A DNA stretch of 45,526 bases from the NCBI RefSeq assembly GCF_004010195.1, contig NC_057726.1, forward strand, positions 70,596,532-70,642,057. Reading direction: 5' to 3'. The translations under genes and the position numbers were made by a program. This DNA comes from Chiloscyllium plagiosum. Taxonomy: Eukaryota. Under the pieces are notes generated by a model that worked only from the letters and a program-made list of their open reading frames with translations, was not told the DNA's origin and did not search any database. Every line of letters begins with the position of its first letter. The stretch's first letter is position 1. Of this stretch, positions 14,277 to 26,487 are shown in pieces.

Positions 14277-15308
14277 GAGCAGAGAGTGTTCAGCAGGAGA
14301 AGATAAAAGGTAGGGAGGAGGGACTTGGAGGAGGGGCGTTGGAAATGTGATAGGTGGAAAGAGGTCAAGGTGTGGGTGTTGGGTCGGAGTAGGATGGAGG
14401 CGGAGAGGTCAGGAAGAAGACTGCAGGTCAGGAAGGCGTTGCCGGGCTGGAGGGATTCGGCTGAGACAAGGTGGGGGGAGGGGGGATGAAGAAACTGGTG
14501 AAGTCCAAGTTCATCCCCTGTGGTTGGAGGGTTCCCAGTCGGAAGATAAGACGCTCCTCCTCCGACCGTCGGGTTGTTGTGGTTTGGCGGTGGATGAGTC
14601 CAATGACCTGCATATCCTCGGTGGAGTGGGAGGGGGAGTTGAGATGCTGTGCTACAGGTTGGTTGGGTTGGTTCGTCCGGGTGGCCCAGAGGTGCTCTCT
14701 GAATCGCTCCGCAAGTAGGCGGCCTGTCTCCCCAATATAGAGGAGGCCACACCGGCTGCAGCGGATGCAGTAGATGATGTGGGTGGAGGTGCAGGTGAAT
14801 CTGTGGCGGATATGGAATTTTCCTTTGGGGCCTTGGAGAGAAGTGAGGGGGGAGGTGTGGGCGCAAGTGTTGCACCTCCTGCGGTTGCAAGGGAAGGTGC
14901 CGGGAGTGGTGGTTGGGTCGGTGGGGGGTGTGGATCTGACAAGGGAGTCGCGGAGGGAGTGGTCTCTATGGAAAGCTGATAGGGGAGGGGAGGGAAATAT
15001 ATTCTTGGTGCTGGGGTCTGTTTGGAGGTGGCGGAAGTGACGGCGGATGATGTGCTGTACATGGAGATTGGTGGGGTGGTAGGTGAGGACCAGTGGGGTT
15101 CTGTCCTGGTGGCGGTTGGAGGGGCGGGGCTCAAGGGCGGGGGGGCGGGAAGTGGAGGAGATGCGGTGGAGGGCACCGTCGACCACGTCGGGGGGGAAAT
15201 TGCGGGTCCTTGAAGAAGGAGGCGTCTGTGTTGTACGTATTTTGAACTGGTCCTCCTGGGAGCAGATGCGGCGGAGACGAAGGAATTGGGAGAATGGGAT
15301 GGCGTTTT

Positions 15309-15442
15309 TACAGGGGGCAGGATGGGAGGAGGTGTAGTCCAGGTAGCTGTGGGAGTCTGTTGGTTTGTAGTAGAATACAGGGGGCAGGATGGGAGGAGGT
15401 GTAGTCCAGGTAGCTGTGGGAGTCGGTTGGTTTGTAGTAGAA
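15309..15442 (+). repeat. 67-bp tandem duplication at the truncated end of the Penelope element
   Basis: 15309-15375 is repeated at 15376-15442 with one mismatch. Confidence 0.9.
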
Positions 15443-15699
15443 TTTTAGTTTTTATGTCTTATATTCTTATGTCTTCTTGTCCAGTATGATGTATTTGATG
15501 CCACTCACTAGAATAGCCTTCTCACAGTTTGTGATTAATTTCCAAATAAGTCAATTCCCACATTGACCAAACATTCTTTCTAATTAATTTTCTGCACAGA
15601 CGTACTCGGGTGGGGCGCAGCAATTCACGGATAGAGAAAGCCAGCAGGCACAGATGCACTTAAATATCTTGAACAAAACGGAAATGACCGAGGTGACAA

Positions 15700-16085
15700 T
15701 AGCACAGTGATTCAGGGCTCAGGGACCGACCGTGATAGTGTTCAGAATTCAATGTCTGTGTACTTAACTCAAATCTATGCTCAGTAATGGTTACTGCAAA
15801 TTATTGATTGTCATAAATTTATATCATTCTCAAATGGCCTTAAGGGAAGGAAATCAATCATCTTCCTCTGGTCTGACCTATACAGTGAGTGATTTATGTT
15901 AATTCAATTTCCTAATAAGTGGCAGCTTTAAAAGACTTTTCGAGTCTCCATGTGTTGGTCAATAAGTACCTTCAACAAATCAAACAGTGAGTGATTGACT
16001 CCTATCCACATTCAAGAGATATTAGGAATATGCTGCAAATGCTGAATGTCCAGTCACATCATCAACCCATTTGCAACTGAAATAA
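15700..16085 (+). mobile_element. Ancient Deu-domain (SacSINE-like) SINE relic; paralog at ~28890-29205
   Basis: agggaaggaaatc...ctggtctgrccta...ttgactc core present in both duplicated blocks. Confidence 0.55.
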
Positions 16086-16559
16086 GAACAAACCCACATG
16101 ATTAAAATATGGCAATAAATAGAATTAATATCCATATTAAGGCAAATTGTGTGTTTTTAATTCCTTATTGGTTTTCTATCCTTCATGCTGCCACAATAAT
16201 GTTGCAAATTGGAAGGAAGAATGAAATTGATCAAGTAAGTTCCTGTGAGGTGGTAGTTTAAACGTTTTATTTCAAAAATATACATTATCCATAAAAAAAG
16301 CTTTGTATATATACATAGTTACAAATAAAGTTCAGTTCTGTCTAGACTTGCTATCCACAACACTTTTCATTTTGTGAATGCTCCGCAGCGTCCCCACTTG
16401 CCACTCCAACTCCAAAACTCGGGCTTCCAGGAGCTGCAGCTGGAGACACTTCTTGCACACTGGAATCATAGAATCTCTACAGGGTTGAAGTAGGCCATTC
16501 AGCCCTATGAGTCAATACTGACCCTGCAAGGAGCATCCCACCAAGACCCACACCCCTGT

Positions 16560-18585
16560 TCTGTGTTAGGTCAGTTCTGTGCAATAGCATATCAAGGAAA
16601 CAAGCAAAGAAACATTGGAGTTTGCCTCTATTCAAACAAATTAAATGCATCATTTATTTAAAAAAGGCTATATTTACCTGCTTTTGAGGCACAGTCAGTG
16701 TCCTGCTACTGAGTGGACCTGGGTTTAATATCAACAGAAGGACCCCAGACAGTGTTATTTTCTCACTGCACCTTGGACGTAGCTGCCACAAGTTTCAGTG
16801 TGTCCCTCATTACATCTTGGACCTTGGAATGCGCCACGCTGAAACACTCAGTTGAGATTAATTCCTTGTTCTGGAAGACCAACAACTTTCAGACATACAA
16901 AAGAGCATCTTAAACTGAGCTGATGGTCGTCCAGGAGTGGCTGATGTTTGACTCAGTGTCAAACAGAACAGAACATAGAACACAGAGTCTGGTGTCACAG
17001 TGCTGCTCAGAATGAACCTCGACAAAAATGATTTCATTATTATCCAGACTTTGCAAAGGCACATTCCAAAAGGGGATATGTGACTGGCTCAACTTTCCCT
17101 GCAGCTGCTTCAAGAGCAGCTTGCAGTGGCACAGACCAACCAGGCACACAAGAAGGATCGCAGTGGTAATGCTGAAAATATGTTGCTGGAAAAGCGCAGC
17201 AGGTCAGGCAGCATCCAAGGAGCAGGAGAATCGACATTTCGGGCATGAGCCCTTCTTCAGGAATCCCCAATGCGCCTGATGCCCGATGCCCGAAATGTCG
17301 ATTCTCCTGCTCCTTGGATGCTGTGTGACCTGCTGCGCTTTTCCAGCAACACATTTTCAGCTCTGATCTCCAGCATCTATAGTCCTCACTTTCTCCTCGC
17401 AGAGGTAATGGCCCTCTCACCACTGACCAAGTGATGTCTTAGTGATTTTTGGAAAGTTCTGGTTATGAGATATTCTGACAAACAACTTTGACAGGCTGCT
17501 CAGGGAGCCATACGACAGGATCCGTCCTCTCCTTTTCCCACAGGCTCTCAAGGATGCAACATGCTGCCCAACTCTGACGGACTTCTGGTCAAAGATATTT
17601 TTCTTGGCAAATTTCTCCAATAAGGGCAGGTGATATAGAACGGTCCAACTACTTGAAATGTTCTGTGGCAATGAGGCCAGTCCCATCCTTTGTGACAATG
17701 GGGATAGATAAAATCTCAGGATGTAGTGACACTTAGTGTTTGTGCATAGCTTGATGCAGATACATGAAACAATAGCCATCTGGATGAGGGCAACATTGGA
17801 TGCATTCTTCCCCTCTTTATCGAGAGTTTTTACATGTCGACATGGACCATCTAAGATCTCCAGATGAACTTAACGATTTAGGATGGCTGTATCAGCGTAC
17901 AAATCATGAAATTTGCCAGATCGTAACCACAGAGAAAAACAGAGAGAGTGCCTCATCCCTAGTGACCAGTTTTTTACCTGCAATGGAGAAACAGCGGTGC
18001 TCCCAAAAGACCAGTTTCTGACTCACCTTGGTGATGATCTTCTACCAAGATTTTGTGCTTGTCCTGGCCCCTCCAAACCATATTCACAGTACCTTCATGT
18101 AATCTGTCTTTGTCGTGAAAAGGATAAAGGATTGGTCAGCCAAGTTCCTTTGGCCTTGCTTTTGGGTCAATTTTTCTTGGCTCCCTGACCCAGTTTGAAC
18201 TGGCCACATATGCTCATGAATCTACAGTCTGACAGCAGATCTGAGCAGAAGTGGTGACATCGTCCATGTGCTGGGAGCATTTGACCTGCAGGCCTGCATT
18301 GCCTGGAATAGTCACCACACTCTGTCTCAAATCCTTCCTGATGGACTCAGCAAATGGTTCTATACAACAGTCAAATAAGGTAGAAGTAAGTCGGCAGCCC
18401 TGCCTGACTGTAAATCTGATCAGGAAGCTTTCTGATTCCTACCCATTGACTGAGACTGCACTAATGAGTTAGTGTACAGCAGTCAGTTCCAGTTGCGAAT
18501 TCCCTCACCAAAGCTCATTTTGGAGAGCACGTCCCACATGTACACGTGTGATATCCTGACGAAGGCCTTCTGCTGGTCTAGGCTG
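16560..18585 (-). mobile_element. Tx1/L1-like LINE ORF2 3' half, degenerate
   Basis: - strand KAF.RISH, VRQGC, CIEPFAESIRKD, MDDV, TKCHYILRFYLSP, LLECAFAK and HSKVQD motifs. Confidence 0.8.
17172..17398. mobile_element. Inverted pair of Penelope pLTR fragments (hairpin) inserted in the Tx1-like element
   Basis: 17172-17263 (-) is followed by 17286-17398 (+), giving ~75-bp complementary arms. Confidence 0.85.
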
Positions 18586-18609
18586 GTGGGGCAGGCTTCC
18601 CCATGATCC

Positions 18610-18955
18610 AGCATAGTGGCTCTGTGATTAGTACAAATGCTTCACAATGCCATGGACCTGGTTTTAATTCCAGCCTCAAGTGACTGTCTGTGTGGAGTTT
18701 GCACATTCCCCCTGTATCTGTGTGAGTTTTCTCCAGGTGCTCTGGTTTCCTCCCATAGTCCAAGACATGCAGTTTATGTGAATTGGCCATGCTACATCGC
18801 CCATAATGTCCAGGGATATGCAGGATAGGTAGATTAGGTGTAGTAAATATGGGGATAGAGTAGGGGTATGAGACTGGGTGGGATGCTCCTTGGAGGGCCA
18901 GTATTGACTCAGTGGGCTGAATGGCCTGCTTCCACACTGTTGAGATTCTATGATC
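18610..18955 (+). mobile_element. HE1-like (V-domain) shark SINE
   Basis: tRNA-like head, gtgtggagtttgcacatt...ggtttcctccca core, and CR1-derived tail. Confidence 0.85.
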
Positions 18956-18959
18956 CAAG

Positions 18960-21740
18960 TGTACAAGAAGCATCTCCAGCTGCAGCTCCTGGAAGCCCGA
19001 TTTTTGGAGTTAGAGTGCCAAATGGGGATCCTGCGGAGCATCCACAAAATGAAAAGTGTTGTGGATGCAAGTCTAGAGATGTGGTTACACAGCAGACTCA
19101 GATTCAACAGGCAGGAAGGGAATGGGTGACCACCAGGCAGAGCAGGAAGGCTAAGGAGGCAGTGCAGGAATCTTCTGAGGCTATTCCCTTACAAAACAGA
19201 TATGCCCTTTCAGCTGGTGTTGAGGGGAATGGCTTCTCAGGGGATAACAGCGCAGCCAAATTCATTGCATCAGAGGGAGGGAGGGTTAGGTGTGGAAATG
19301 CTATAAGTGTAGGGGTTTCAATCGTCAGGGGAATAGATAGGCATTTCTGTGGCGACAAATAAGAGTCCAGGTTAGTATGTTGTCTCTCTGGTGCTAGGGT
19401 CCTGGATGTCTCACAGCGAATGCAAGATCTTCTGGAGCGGGAGGGTGAACAGCCAGTGGTCATGGTACATATTGGCACTAACGACACAGTTAATAAGTTC
19501 CTAAAAGCAGAATGTAGAGAAGTAGAAAGTATGTTGAAATGTAACACCTTAAGGGTAGTTATCTCTGGATTAATACCAGTACTAGTAAGAGTAGAAACGG
19601 CACGATGTAGAGGAATAGCATGTGACAGAAAAAAACATAAGAGGGGAAGGGTTTGAAATTTGTGGTATCTGTACAAACTGGATGGATTACATCTGTGTCG
19701 AGAGTATGGTGCTGAAAAAGCACAACAGGAGATGGCTGAAAGAGGGACAGGACTGGCAGCTGAATTTCCCAAGATTTAGCTATTTCAGTCGTGACAGAAA
19801 GGGATCTAAAAGTGGGTGGGGAAGCACAGCAGGAGATGGCTGAAAGAGGGACAGGACTGGCAGCTGAATTTCCCAAGATTTTGCTATTTCAGTCGTGACA
19901 GAAAGGGATCTAAAAGTGGGTGGGGAAGTTACATTGCTGGCAAATGATCATCTTACCGCAGTACTGAGGGAAGATACATCAGAGAACCCATGGAGTCAGG
20001 CAATATGGGTAGAACTCAGGAATAGGAAAACTGAAATCACAATACTGGTGGTATAGTACAGAGTTCAGAACAGCCAGTGGGAGATAGAGGAGACAATATG
20101 TTAAAAGATTTTGGAAAGACGTAAAAACAGCAGGGTTGTTGATATGGACGATTTTAACTTCTTCTGTGTTGACTGGGAATCACTATATGCTCGGGGCTTG
20201 GATGGGGCGGAATTTGCAACGTCCATTGAGGAGGTATTCTTGACACATTATGACAACAGTCCAGCCAGGGAAGGGGTTATATTTGACCTGGTTTTGCAAA
20301 ATGAACCTGGCCAGTCTTGTGAATCTATAGTGAGGGAGCATTTTGGCAGTAGTGATCTTAATATCATGAGTTTTAAGACACTCATGGAGAGGGATAACAG
20401 CAGTCCTTGGATGAAAGTGTTAAAGTCAGTGAACTACAACAATATTAGGCAAGAACTAGAGAATTTTGATTGTGGGCAGCTGTTTTAAAGTAAATCTTCA
20501 TCAGACATGTGGAGCACTTCAAATTGCAGTTGACAAGAGTTTCGTGAGCGGCACATTTCTATGAGGATGAAGGATAGCTACCGCAAATTATATGAACCTT
20601 GGATGAGCAAGGGTGTTATGACCTTGGCCAGAAAGGAAAAGGAAGCATAGGAGGTCAATTGGAACTGATGAAGCCCTTGAAGTATTTAAGAAAAGTAGGG
20701 AAGAATTTCAACAAGGCTTGAGAGGAAAATGTAGCTGGTCTAACTAGTAAGTTTGCAGATGATACAAACATTGGTGGAGTATTTAAGAAAAGTAGGGAAG
20801 AATTTCAACAAGGCTTTAGAGGAAAATGTAGCTGGTCTAACTAGTAAGTTTGCAGATGATACAAACATTGGTGGAGTTGTGTATAATGAGGAGCATTGTC
20901 CGAGGATACAACAGAATATGATCAGTTGGAGGCATGGGCGGAAAAGTGGCAGATGAAGTTTAATTGGGACTCATGTGAGATCGAGTACAGGTAGAAATTT
21001 TACAGTGAATGGCAGGGCCCTTAGGAGCATTGATACGCAGAGAGGTCTGGGTGTGTAGACCCACAGATCACTGAAGGTGAGAGCGCAGCCAGGTAAGGTA
21101 CTTAAGTTAGTAAAAAGGGCTTATGGCATGCTTGACTTCATTGGAAGGGGCATTGAGGATAAGGATAGACAAGTTATGCTGCAACTTAATAGAACTTTAG
21201 TGTGGCCACACTTGGAATATTGCATATAGTTCTGGTCACCACGAAATCAGAAGGGCGTGGATGTTTTGGAGAAGGTACAGAAAAGGTTTACCAAGATGTT
21301 GCCTGGTGTGGGGGATTTTAGCTGTGAAGAAAGGTTGGAAAGACTGGGTTTGTTTTCACTCAAACACAGGAATTTCAGGGGCGATCTAATAGAAGTTTAT
21401 CAGATTGTGAATGACATGGATAGAGTAGAAAGTAAGATGTTTTCCCAGGGTGGAGGAATCAAGTACGAGGGGACACAGGTTCATGGTTTGAGGAAGCAAA
21501 TTCAAAAGTGAATGTCCAAGTCAGTTGGGGATGGTGAGTGCCTGGAACGTGTTGCCAGAGGAGGTGATGGAAGCAGATGGAATAGCAGCATTCAAAAATG
21601 ACCTGGATGAATACATGGATAGAGGGATACCGTTCCTGTAAGTGAAGGCAGTTTTAGTATGGAAGGGCAAAATGTTGCATCACAGGCTGGCAGAGACAAA
21701 CTGTCTGTTCCTGTGCTGTATACTTCCGTGTTCTTCTGTA
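18960..21740 (+). mobile_element. Degenerate CR1 LINE (ORF1 esterase, endonuclease and RT pieces, internal deletions)
   Basis: IPLQNRY, SIVRGIDR, HIGTND, DLVLQNEPG, SKFADDT, RGDLIEVY; two ~100-bp tandem duplications. Confidence 0.88.
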
Positions 21741-22005
21741 TCCGAGTTATCTGAGCCCCTCAGAGATCATCCTGCCTGCTACAACGCAGCAGCTTTGGCC
21801 ATGATGAATCACCAGTCTCAGTGTAGACCTGACTTGATAGGTTATGAGACCTGACTCGGTTAGATGGCAATTTGCAAATTGAAAGGAAAAATAAAATTGC
21901 CCAACTAAGTCGCTGAGAGATTTTATCTTTAATGTGAATACTACCTCTTACCTGACATTGGTTAATCATTGCTAACATTTCACTTATTCTCCCCCCTGTT
22001 TTTAG

Positions 22006-22112
22006 TGAACAGTGACAGGAAAAGGAATTCTTGGCGAGATGTGCTGTAGCAGGGTTATTATTTCTCCTGTTGGTAATGTTTGCGATACATTGCAAATTAT
22101 TTCAAACTAAAG
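22006..22112 (+). pseudogene. Transmembrane exon copy 1 (EKEFLARCAVAGLLFLLLVMFAIHCKLFQTK), frameshifted relative to copy 2
   Basis: Branch site gctaac, acceptor cccccctgtttttag, donor AAAG|gtaaga; 107 nt versus 114 nt, so a phase-1 reading gives xNSDRKRNSWRDVL*. Confidence 0.7.
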
Positions 22113-22479
22113 GTAAGACTTGAAACAATCTGTGTTCAGAATTCCATTTGAATGTTTAATTGGTCATGCCTGGGCCGCAGGTTTTCATTTGCTGTGTGTT
22201 GGGAGCATAATGATAGATGGAGCTAAAACCTTATCTCACCCACATTAAGAAACCAAGACCTATAAATAGAGAGGTGGGACATACCTCTTCCTCTAATCTC
22301 TTCCTCAGGCTAACTTCTCTCTGCTTGAAAATATAGTTCAACCACATTTCATTCTTAATATAATGGAAGGCAGTGATCTGAACCCAGTAAATTGCAATCA
22401 GCAAATTCTGAATTAGAAAATGATCTCATTTCCATTTAACAACAGAAGGCAATGCAACTTTTGTCACTTATGAGAATGA

Positions 22480-23300
22480 GGCTGAGAAGTGGCAGATGGA
22501 GGTTAATTTAGATAAATGCGAGGTGCTGCATTTTGGGAAAGCAAATGTTACCAGCACTAATACACTTAATGATAAGGTCCCAGGGAGTGTTGCGGAACAA
22601 AGAGACCTTGGAGTACAGGTTCATAGCTCCCTGAAAGTGGAGTTGCAGGTACATAGGATAGTGAAGAAGGCGTTTGGTATGCTTTTCTTTATCGGTCAGA
22701 GTATTGAGTACAGGAGTTGGAAGGTCATGCTGTGGCTGTACAGGACACTGGTTAGGCCACTGATGCAATATTGTGTGCAATTCTGTTCTCCTTCCTATCT
22801 GAAAGATATTGTGAAACTTTGAAAGGGTTCAGAAAAGATTTACAAGGGTGTTTCCAGGGTTGGAGTATTTGAGGTATAGGGAGAGGCTGATCAGGCTAGG
22901 GTTGTTTTCCCTGGAGCGTTGGAGGCTGAGGCTGACCTTATAGAGGTTTACAAAATCATGAGGGACATGGATAGGATAAATAGACAAAGTCTTCTCCCTG
23001 GCGTCTGGAGTCCAGAACTAGAGGGCATAAGTTTAGTATAAGAGGGGAAAGATATAAAAGAGACCGGAGGGGTAATGTTTTATGCAGAGTGTGGGAAAGG
23101 TATGGAATGAGCTGCCAGAGGAGGCTGGTACAATTGCAACATTTAAAAGGCATTTGGATGGGTGTATGAATAGGAAGGGTTTGTTGGGAAACGGGCCAGG
23201 TGCTGGCAGGTGGGATGAGATTGGGTTGGGATATCTGGTCAGCATGGACAGGTTGGACTGAAGGGTCTGTTTCCGTGCTGTATATCTCTATGACTCTACA
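22480..23300 (+). mobile_element. CR1/HER1 LINE 3' fragment inserted into duplicate copy 1
   Basis: MEVNLDKCEVLHFG, RDLGVQV, YCVQF and 3' UTR; absent at the matching site in copy 2. Confidence 0.9.
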
Positions 23301-23779
23301 ACCAGGTTCATTTATGATCATATTATCGTTTTATTATCATAACACTTGATTAACACAATGCCAAATGGTGTTTGTGATGATGTTGATCATTGATAATAAC
23401 GTTGTTCACAAGTCGACACCGAGATAACTCCAGTCAACTCCAGAGATAACAGCCAGTTCAAGGAACAGCTTCATTTCCCAATCACTTTTGTATTTTAAGA
23501 AATTGCAAGTTTTTGCAGTGTACAACATACCTGCATCATTATTTTCTGATCATCCTGAATAACAAAGCACCTCCCATCATGGGTTCCCAATGTTGCCTTT
23601 GCCCTAAACGTATGGTTCATGATCACTTATTTCCGCAATCATACTCACGCGTACCCAATCCAGTAGTTTCTGTGACAGTTTACGTTGTGTCACTGTAGAC
23701 TGGATAGTTATTCAAGTGTGCGAAGAGGCATAACCACACTCAAAGTGTAACATAAACTGTTTGGCATATTCATACTTTC

Positions 23780-23910
23780 CCTTGACAAAGAGTCAGTTAG
23801 ACTTGAAACATCAGCTCTTTTCTCTCCTTACAGATGCTGCCAGACCTGCTGAGATTTTCCAGCATTTTCTCTTTTGGTTTCAGATTCCAGCATCTGCAGT
23901 AATTTGCTTT
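23780..23910 (+). mobile_element. Solo pLTR-like short element with a 13-bp target-site duplication
   Basis: tattcatactttc at 23767-23779 and 23911-23923; body carries cagatgctgccagacctgctgag...ccagcatctgcag. Confidence 0.7.
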
Positions 23911-23929
23911 TATTCATACTTTCATAGTT

Positions 23930-24705
23930 TCAGAGTAATAGAAGCAGGACTGGGCCATTAGACCTATCCAGCCTGCTCTGCCATTTATGAAGATCATGGC
24001 TGATTGATCCACCGTCTCAGCTCCTCCTACCTGTATTATTCCCATAACACTTAATTCCCCTACCATGCAAAACCCCATCCAAGTATGTATTGAATTTATT
24101 CAATGAACTGCCTTTACTGCAACCATGGGCAGGGAATTCTCTGGGAAATGCAGTTCCTCCTCATCTCTGTCCTAAATCTACTCCCCCTAATCTTGAGGTC
24201 ATGTCCCCAAGTCTTCATCTCACCCACCAGGAGAAACAATTTGCCTGAGTGTACCTTATCTATCCCTTTCATAATTTTATCCGTTTCTGCAAGATCCCCT
24301 CTCATTCTTTGAAATTCCAGTGAGTACAGTCTCAGGTGGCTCATGCTCTCATCATCTTCTGAAATTAACCTGGTGAACCTCCTCTGCCCTGCCTCCTAAG
24401 CGAGTAGAGAGGAGCCTCAATTGTCTGAATGACACAGGTGGGGTGTATTTCGGTAGGTAATTGAATTCCGGATTATCAAATGACAGATAACATAATTTAG
24501 CAAGTACTGGGACCTTACAATCTTGCCAGATAATCCAATATTCAGATAATTGAATGCCGGATAATCAAGGTTCCTCTGCATATCTTTCCTCAAGTAAGGA
24601 GACCAAAACGGCACACAATACTCCAGATGTGATCTCAACAATACCTTGTACAATTGCAGCAGACCGTCCCTGCTCTGAAATTCAATCCATCAAGCAATGA
24701 AAGCA
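23930..24705 (-). mobile_element. CR1 3' fragment containing a MITE
   Basis: HLEYCVPFWSPYLRKD, RMRGDLAET, RFRTEMRRN. Confidence 0.85.
24407..24578. mobile_element. Tigger/pogo-like MITE (172 bp)
   Basis: Imperfect terminal inverted repeats gagaggagcctcaattgtctg / cggataatcaaggttcctctg, flanked by TA and CA; interrupts CR1 at a TA. Confidence 0.7.
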
Positions 24706-25429
24706 ATGTCTTATTTCAGTTTATTATGAATAAGCATTCATGGTAATGATTTTTGTCCATTTGTCCTGTCCTAGCTACAGCAGGGTTGGACTGCGTTATT
24801 AAATCGGATAATGATATTCTGATTTTGTTCATTGTTTCTGTAGGATAAGTTTTTGTTTTTCCTTTTCAGTTTGCATTTACTTTTGGCTTGGTGCCCCAGG
24901 AAAAGGGCTATTTTGTTGTGAATTCCAATCCCTTGGAAGAGTCAAAGGGACTTTTATTTTAGTCCCAGATTGCCTCTATCCCAGATGCACTTCATTGGGA
25001 TCAGTGTGAGAAGAGTTTTATTTCTAGTTGAAATGAGCAGGGGAACATCCTCTCGATTTTAAACCATTGCTATCCCTGCCCCAGGATGGTGATTTAGCAG
25101 AGGGGATTTGTTTATTTAATTGCTTATTTGCTTGTTTATTCGTTTTCTTTGATTTTGGTTGACTTTACTTTTATTTTCACTCCTTGTTTTCCCGTGCACA
25201 AGCCGTTGGTGGGGATGGAGTCAAGGAAGAGCTACTTTTTGTTTGTTTGTTTATTTTCTCCAGAGCAAAACGTTCTTTAAAATTGTTCAACAAAGTCAAG
25301 TTAGCTTTATTTTTTGTATTCAAGCAGCAGAATGGGATTTGCTCTGTGTTTCACCTCTGTCCTGGGAGTGCCTGATGGAAACAGTGTTGGAGATCTTGTT
25401 TTTTTTTCTTTTCACTCCTTTCATTTTAA

Positions 25430-26445
25430 AGAGTGAAGGGTTGCTTTACAGATTGGAGGTATGTCACCAGCAGTATGCCCCAAGGATTAATTCTGGGTCC
25501 TCTTTCGTTTGTCATTTACATAGATGATTTTGATGCAAATATAGAAGGCATGGTTAGGAATCTTGTGGACAACACCAAAATTGGTGACATAATACACAGT
25601 GAACAGGGTTTTCCTGATTACACATGGATTTTGATCAAATGGGTCAATGCGCTGTAAATGGAAGATGGATTTCAATTTGGATCAATGTGAAATGTTGCAT
25701 TGTGGTAAAACAGGCTGGGGCAGGAATTAGACAATTAATGGTAGGGCCTTGGGTAATGTTGTAGAATAGAGGGGACTATGAATTTAGCTTTATAATTCTT
25801 TGTATTAAACAAAGTGTTTAAAAAGGCATTTAGTTTGCTTGCCTTCATTGCGCAGTCCTTTGAGTCTAGGAGTTGGGAAGCCATTTTGAGGTTGCACCCT
25901 ACCTTGGTAAGACCTCGGCTGGTGTACTGTGTCTTGATTTGGTTGCCTAGTCTTAGGAAGGATATTATTAAGCTGCAGAGAGTTCATAAGCGATTGACCA
26001 GGATATCGCCAGGTGAGAAAGTTTTGAGTTATGAATAAAGACTTGATAGGCTGGGACTGTTTGTACAGAGCATCGGAATTTGAGAGGTGAGTTTACAGAG
26101 GTATATAAAACATGTAGGTAGGGTTACTGGTTAGGTTCTTTTCCCTAGGATGGCAAATCGCAAGAATAGGGGGCACATGTTTCAGGTAAGTGGAGGGAGA
26201 TTTTAAAAGATATGAGGGAGAATTTAGTTTACGCCGAGGGTGCTCCACATGTGGAATGAACTTCATGAAGAAGTGGTGGATATGGACACAGTTACAAAAT
26301 TTAAAAGACAGTTTGGTGAGTAGGAAAGATTTGGAGGGATATGGGCCAAAAACAGGCAGGTGCCAATAGCTTAATTTGGGATTATGTTTGGTAAGGTGTA
26401 TTCAACTAAAAGGTCTGTTTCTGTGCTGTGTGACTCTATGACTCC
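25430..26445 (+). mobile_element. CR1 LINE 3' fragment
   Basis: PQGLILGP, LVRPRLVYCV, and 3' UTR ending gactctatgact. Confidence 0.85.
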
Positions 26446-26487
26446 TTAAGCAGAAAGCACATACATAAGGAAGGCTAAACATTACAG

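Larger units (their letters stand above)
14227..15442 (-). mobile_element. Young Penelope-like element, 5'-truncated, with GIY-YIG endonuclease ORF (14428-15186) and pLTR
   Basis: Open 252-aa frame: PLVLTYHP, CNRRRCNTC, IIYCIRCSRCGLLYIGETGR, RFREH, LGTLQPQGMN. Confidence 0.95.
15480..23760 (+). repeat. Segmental duplication copy 1 of the TM-exon block, expanded by TE insertions; paralogous to 28690-30715
   Basis: Collinear diverged matches: 15480-16260 with 28690-29390, 21930-22480 with 29390-30275, 23330-23760 with 30290-30715 (e.g. atttgatgccactcactagaata; cagtgatctgaacccagtaaatt; ccagagataac). Confidence 0.88.

Noticed and set aside
14225-15337. Many overlapping Pro/Gly-rich ORFs
   Set aside because: They are alternative frames of a GC-rich Penelope element
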